Source of the DNA: an uncultured Candidatus Saccharibacteria bacterium
GTDB lineage: Bacteria; Patescibacteriota; UBA1384; XYA2-FULL-43-10; 1-14-0-10-43-13
Assembly (NCBI GenBank): GCA_964526355.1
Contig: CAZGJE010000003.1
Location: 1 to 24,426, forward strand
Reading direction: 5' to 3'
DNA length: 24,426 nucleotides
Shown here: in pieces, positions 23,423 to 24,426 of the stretch
Layout of the letters: each line of letters opens with the position of its first letter
How positions within the stretch are numbered: position 1 is the first letter of the stretch
The notes under the pieces: model-generated
Databases searched by the model: none
The model's input: the letters and a program-made list of their open reading frames with translations, nothing else
What the model was told of the DNA's origin: nothing
Position numbers and translations under genes: made by a program

Positions 23423-24207
23423 AGAAATTTTTGAGAATCAATCATATCATTTGGAGGAATGCTCTTCTCCGAGATTCCAAGATATCTGGATTTATTTTGT
23501 CGAGCGTGCTGTTTCAGGTATTTGATATTATTAATTCCGTAATTTTTATCATTCTAATATTCATGAATACCAAAACCTTGGGTGGCTGGACCATCTACCA
23601 AGTTCTCTTTCTCTATGCCTTTTCCCAGACAATTAGCATTATCCATGGTGCATGGACAAAGGGAGGATTGAATTCTTTGGCAAATGAGCTGATACGACTT
23701 GGCGACTATGATTTTTATCGGACCAAGCCATTTGATGCCATGACTCTGGTATCGATCAGCAAGCCCAGGGCGTATGTATTGATCAAACTTCTTTTCAATC
23801 TGTCGGTACTCATATACGCCCTAGCGCACTGCGGGCCTCTGCCACTGATAAATTATTTTTGGTTCCTTATTTTATTCGGACTCTCATTCTTTCTGTATTA
23901 CGCGATCAAAGTTATCACCGTCGTCCCCTCTTTCTGGATTATTAAGAGCTGGGGGCTAACTGACCTCATGGACAAACTTTCTACCATAATGCGCTACCCC
24001 GCCAGTGTCTATCCATGGCTCCTGAATTTTCTACTCTCAACCATTCTTCCGATACTGGTTATCACCTACTTGCCCGTCAAAACCCTGCTTTTCGAGCCGA
24101 AGTTGAGTCAAGTCGCGTATATGTTGGTACTGACGATTGTCTTCGTCTTCTTGGCCAGGTTTGTATGGAAGTTGGGCGAAAAAAATTATGGAAGTGCGTC
24201 GAGTTAG
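23419..24207 (+). CDS. ABC-2 family transporter permease, second subunit
   Basis: ATGA overlap with the previous stop; LGGWTIYQVLFL, IRLGDYDFYRTKPFD, RYPASVYP, KNYGSASS end. Confidence 0.88.
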   Translation: MKKFLRINHIIWRNALLRDSKISGFILSSVLFQVFDIINSVIFIILIFMNTKTLGGWTIYQVLFLYAFSQTISIIHGAWTKGGLNSLANELIRLGDYDFYRTKPFDAMTLVSISKPRAYVLIKLLFNLSVLIYALAHCGPLPLINYFWFLILFGLSFFLYYAIKVITVVPSFWIIKSWGLTDLMDKLSTIMRYPASVYPWLLNFLLSTILPILVITYLPVKTLLFEPKLSQVAYMLVLTIVFVFLARFVWKLGEKNYGSASS

Positions 24208-24257
24208 TCGGGAGTCAACAGTTGGGACTTAGGAGAATAATAAAATAAGGAAATATA

Positions 24258-24426
24258 TGAGCATTATCTCAGCAAAAGGAATCACAAAAACCTTTAGCAA
24301 ATCAAAGTTTGACTGGCGACATTTTAAGATGCAAAGAGAGGAACATATTGCCGTCAACAAGCTAGACCTTGAAATAGAAGAAGGAGAGTTTGTCGGTTTC
24401 TTGGGGCCAAACGGCGCCGGTAAAAC
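24258..24426 (+). CDS. ABC transporter ATP-binding protein (partial, runs off the right edge)
   Basis: MSIISAKGITKTF..AVNKLDLEIEEGEFVGFLGPNGAGK (Walker A); RBS AAGGA. Confidence 0.92.

Noticed and set aside
530-24248. Many overlapping alternative-frame ORFs in the track (e.g. 530-850, 768-1154, 4782-5195, 5543-5959, 8031-8471, 10135-10731, 13320-13697, 21505-21993)
   Set aside because: They are antisense or out-of-frame shadows of well-supported genes and carry no motifs.
1-24426. CRISPR array or alternative genetic code (TGA=Gly)
   Set aside because: No regularly spaced 23-47-nt repeats. Several genes end in TGA directly before terminators (6178, 14987, 21957), and conserved genes have no in-frame TGA.

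Overview
Bacterial genomic window with a low-GC housekeeping backbone: cyclophilin, typA, tmRNA, DEAD-box helicase, SAM methyltransferase, ZIP transporter, tRNA-Arg, DsbA, MBL hydrolase, EamA and an ABC-2 exporter. GC-richer single-gene units are interspersed, most with their own sigma70 promoter and terminator: a lipoprotein, orphans, a divergent PlsX, an ankyrin protein, a xylose-isomerase-like enzyme, a pentein/amidinotransferase and an acyl-ACP-reductase-like protein. Gene style and RNA features suggest a Patescibacteria/CPR-type organism, but this is inference only. The most notable item is about 530 nt at 22014-22545 (minus strand) with no credible ORF. It has a near-consensus promoter and a putative terminator, is tiled almost end to end by helices, and matches no RNA family I recognise, so it is a candidate large novel ncRNA. 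Other highlights are an XRE-HTH/Hsp20 fusion with a palindromic operator over its own leaderless promoter, two stand-alone acyl-thioester-type enzymes, non-U at position 55 in both tRNA-like RNAs, and an unannotated 48-aa CxxC/CxxC protein. No CRISPR array, integrase or transposase was seen.
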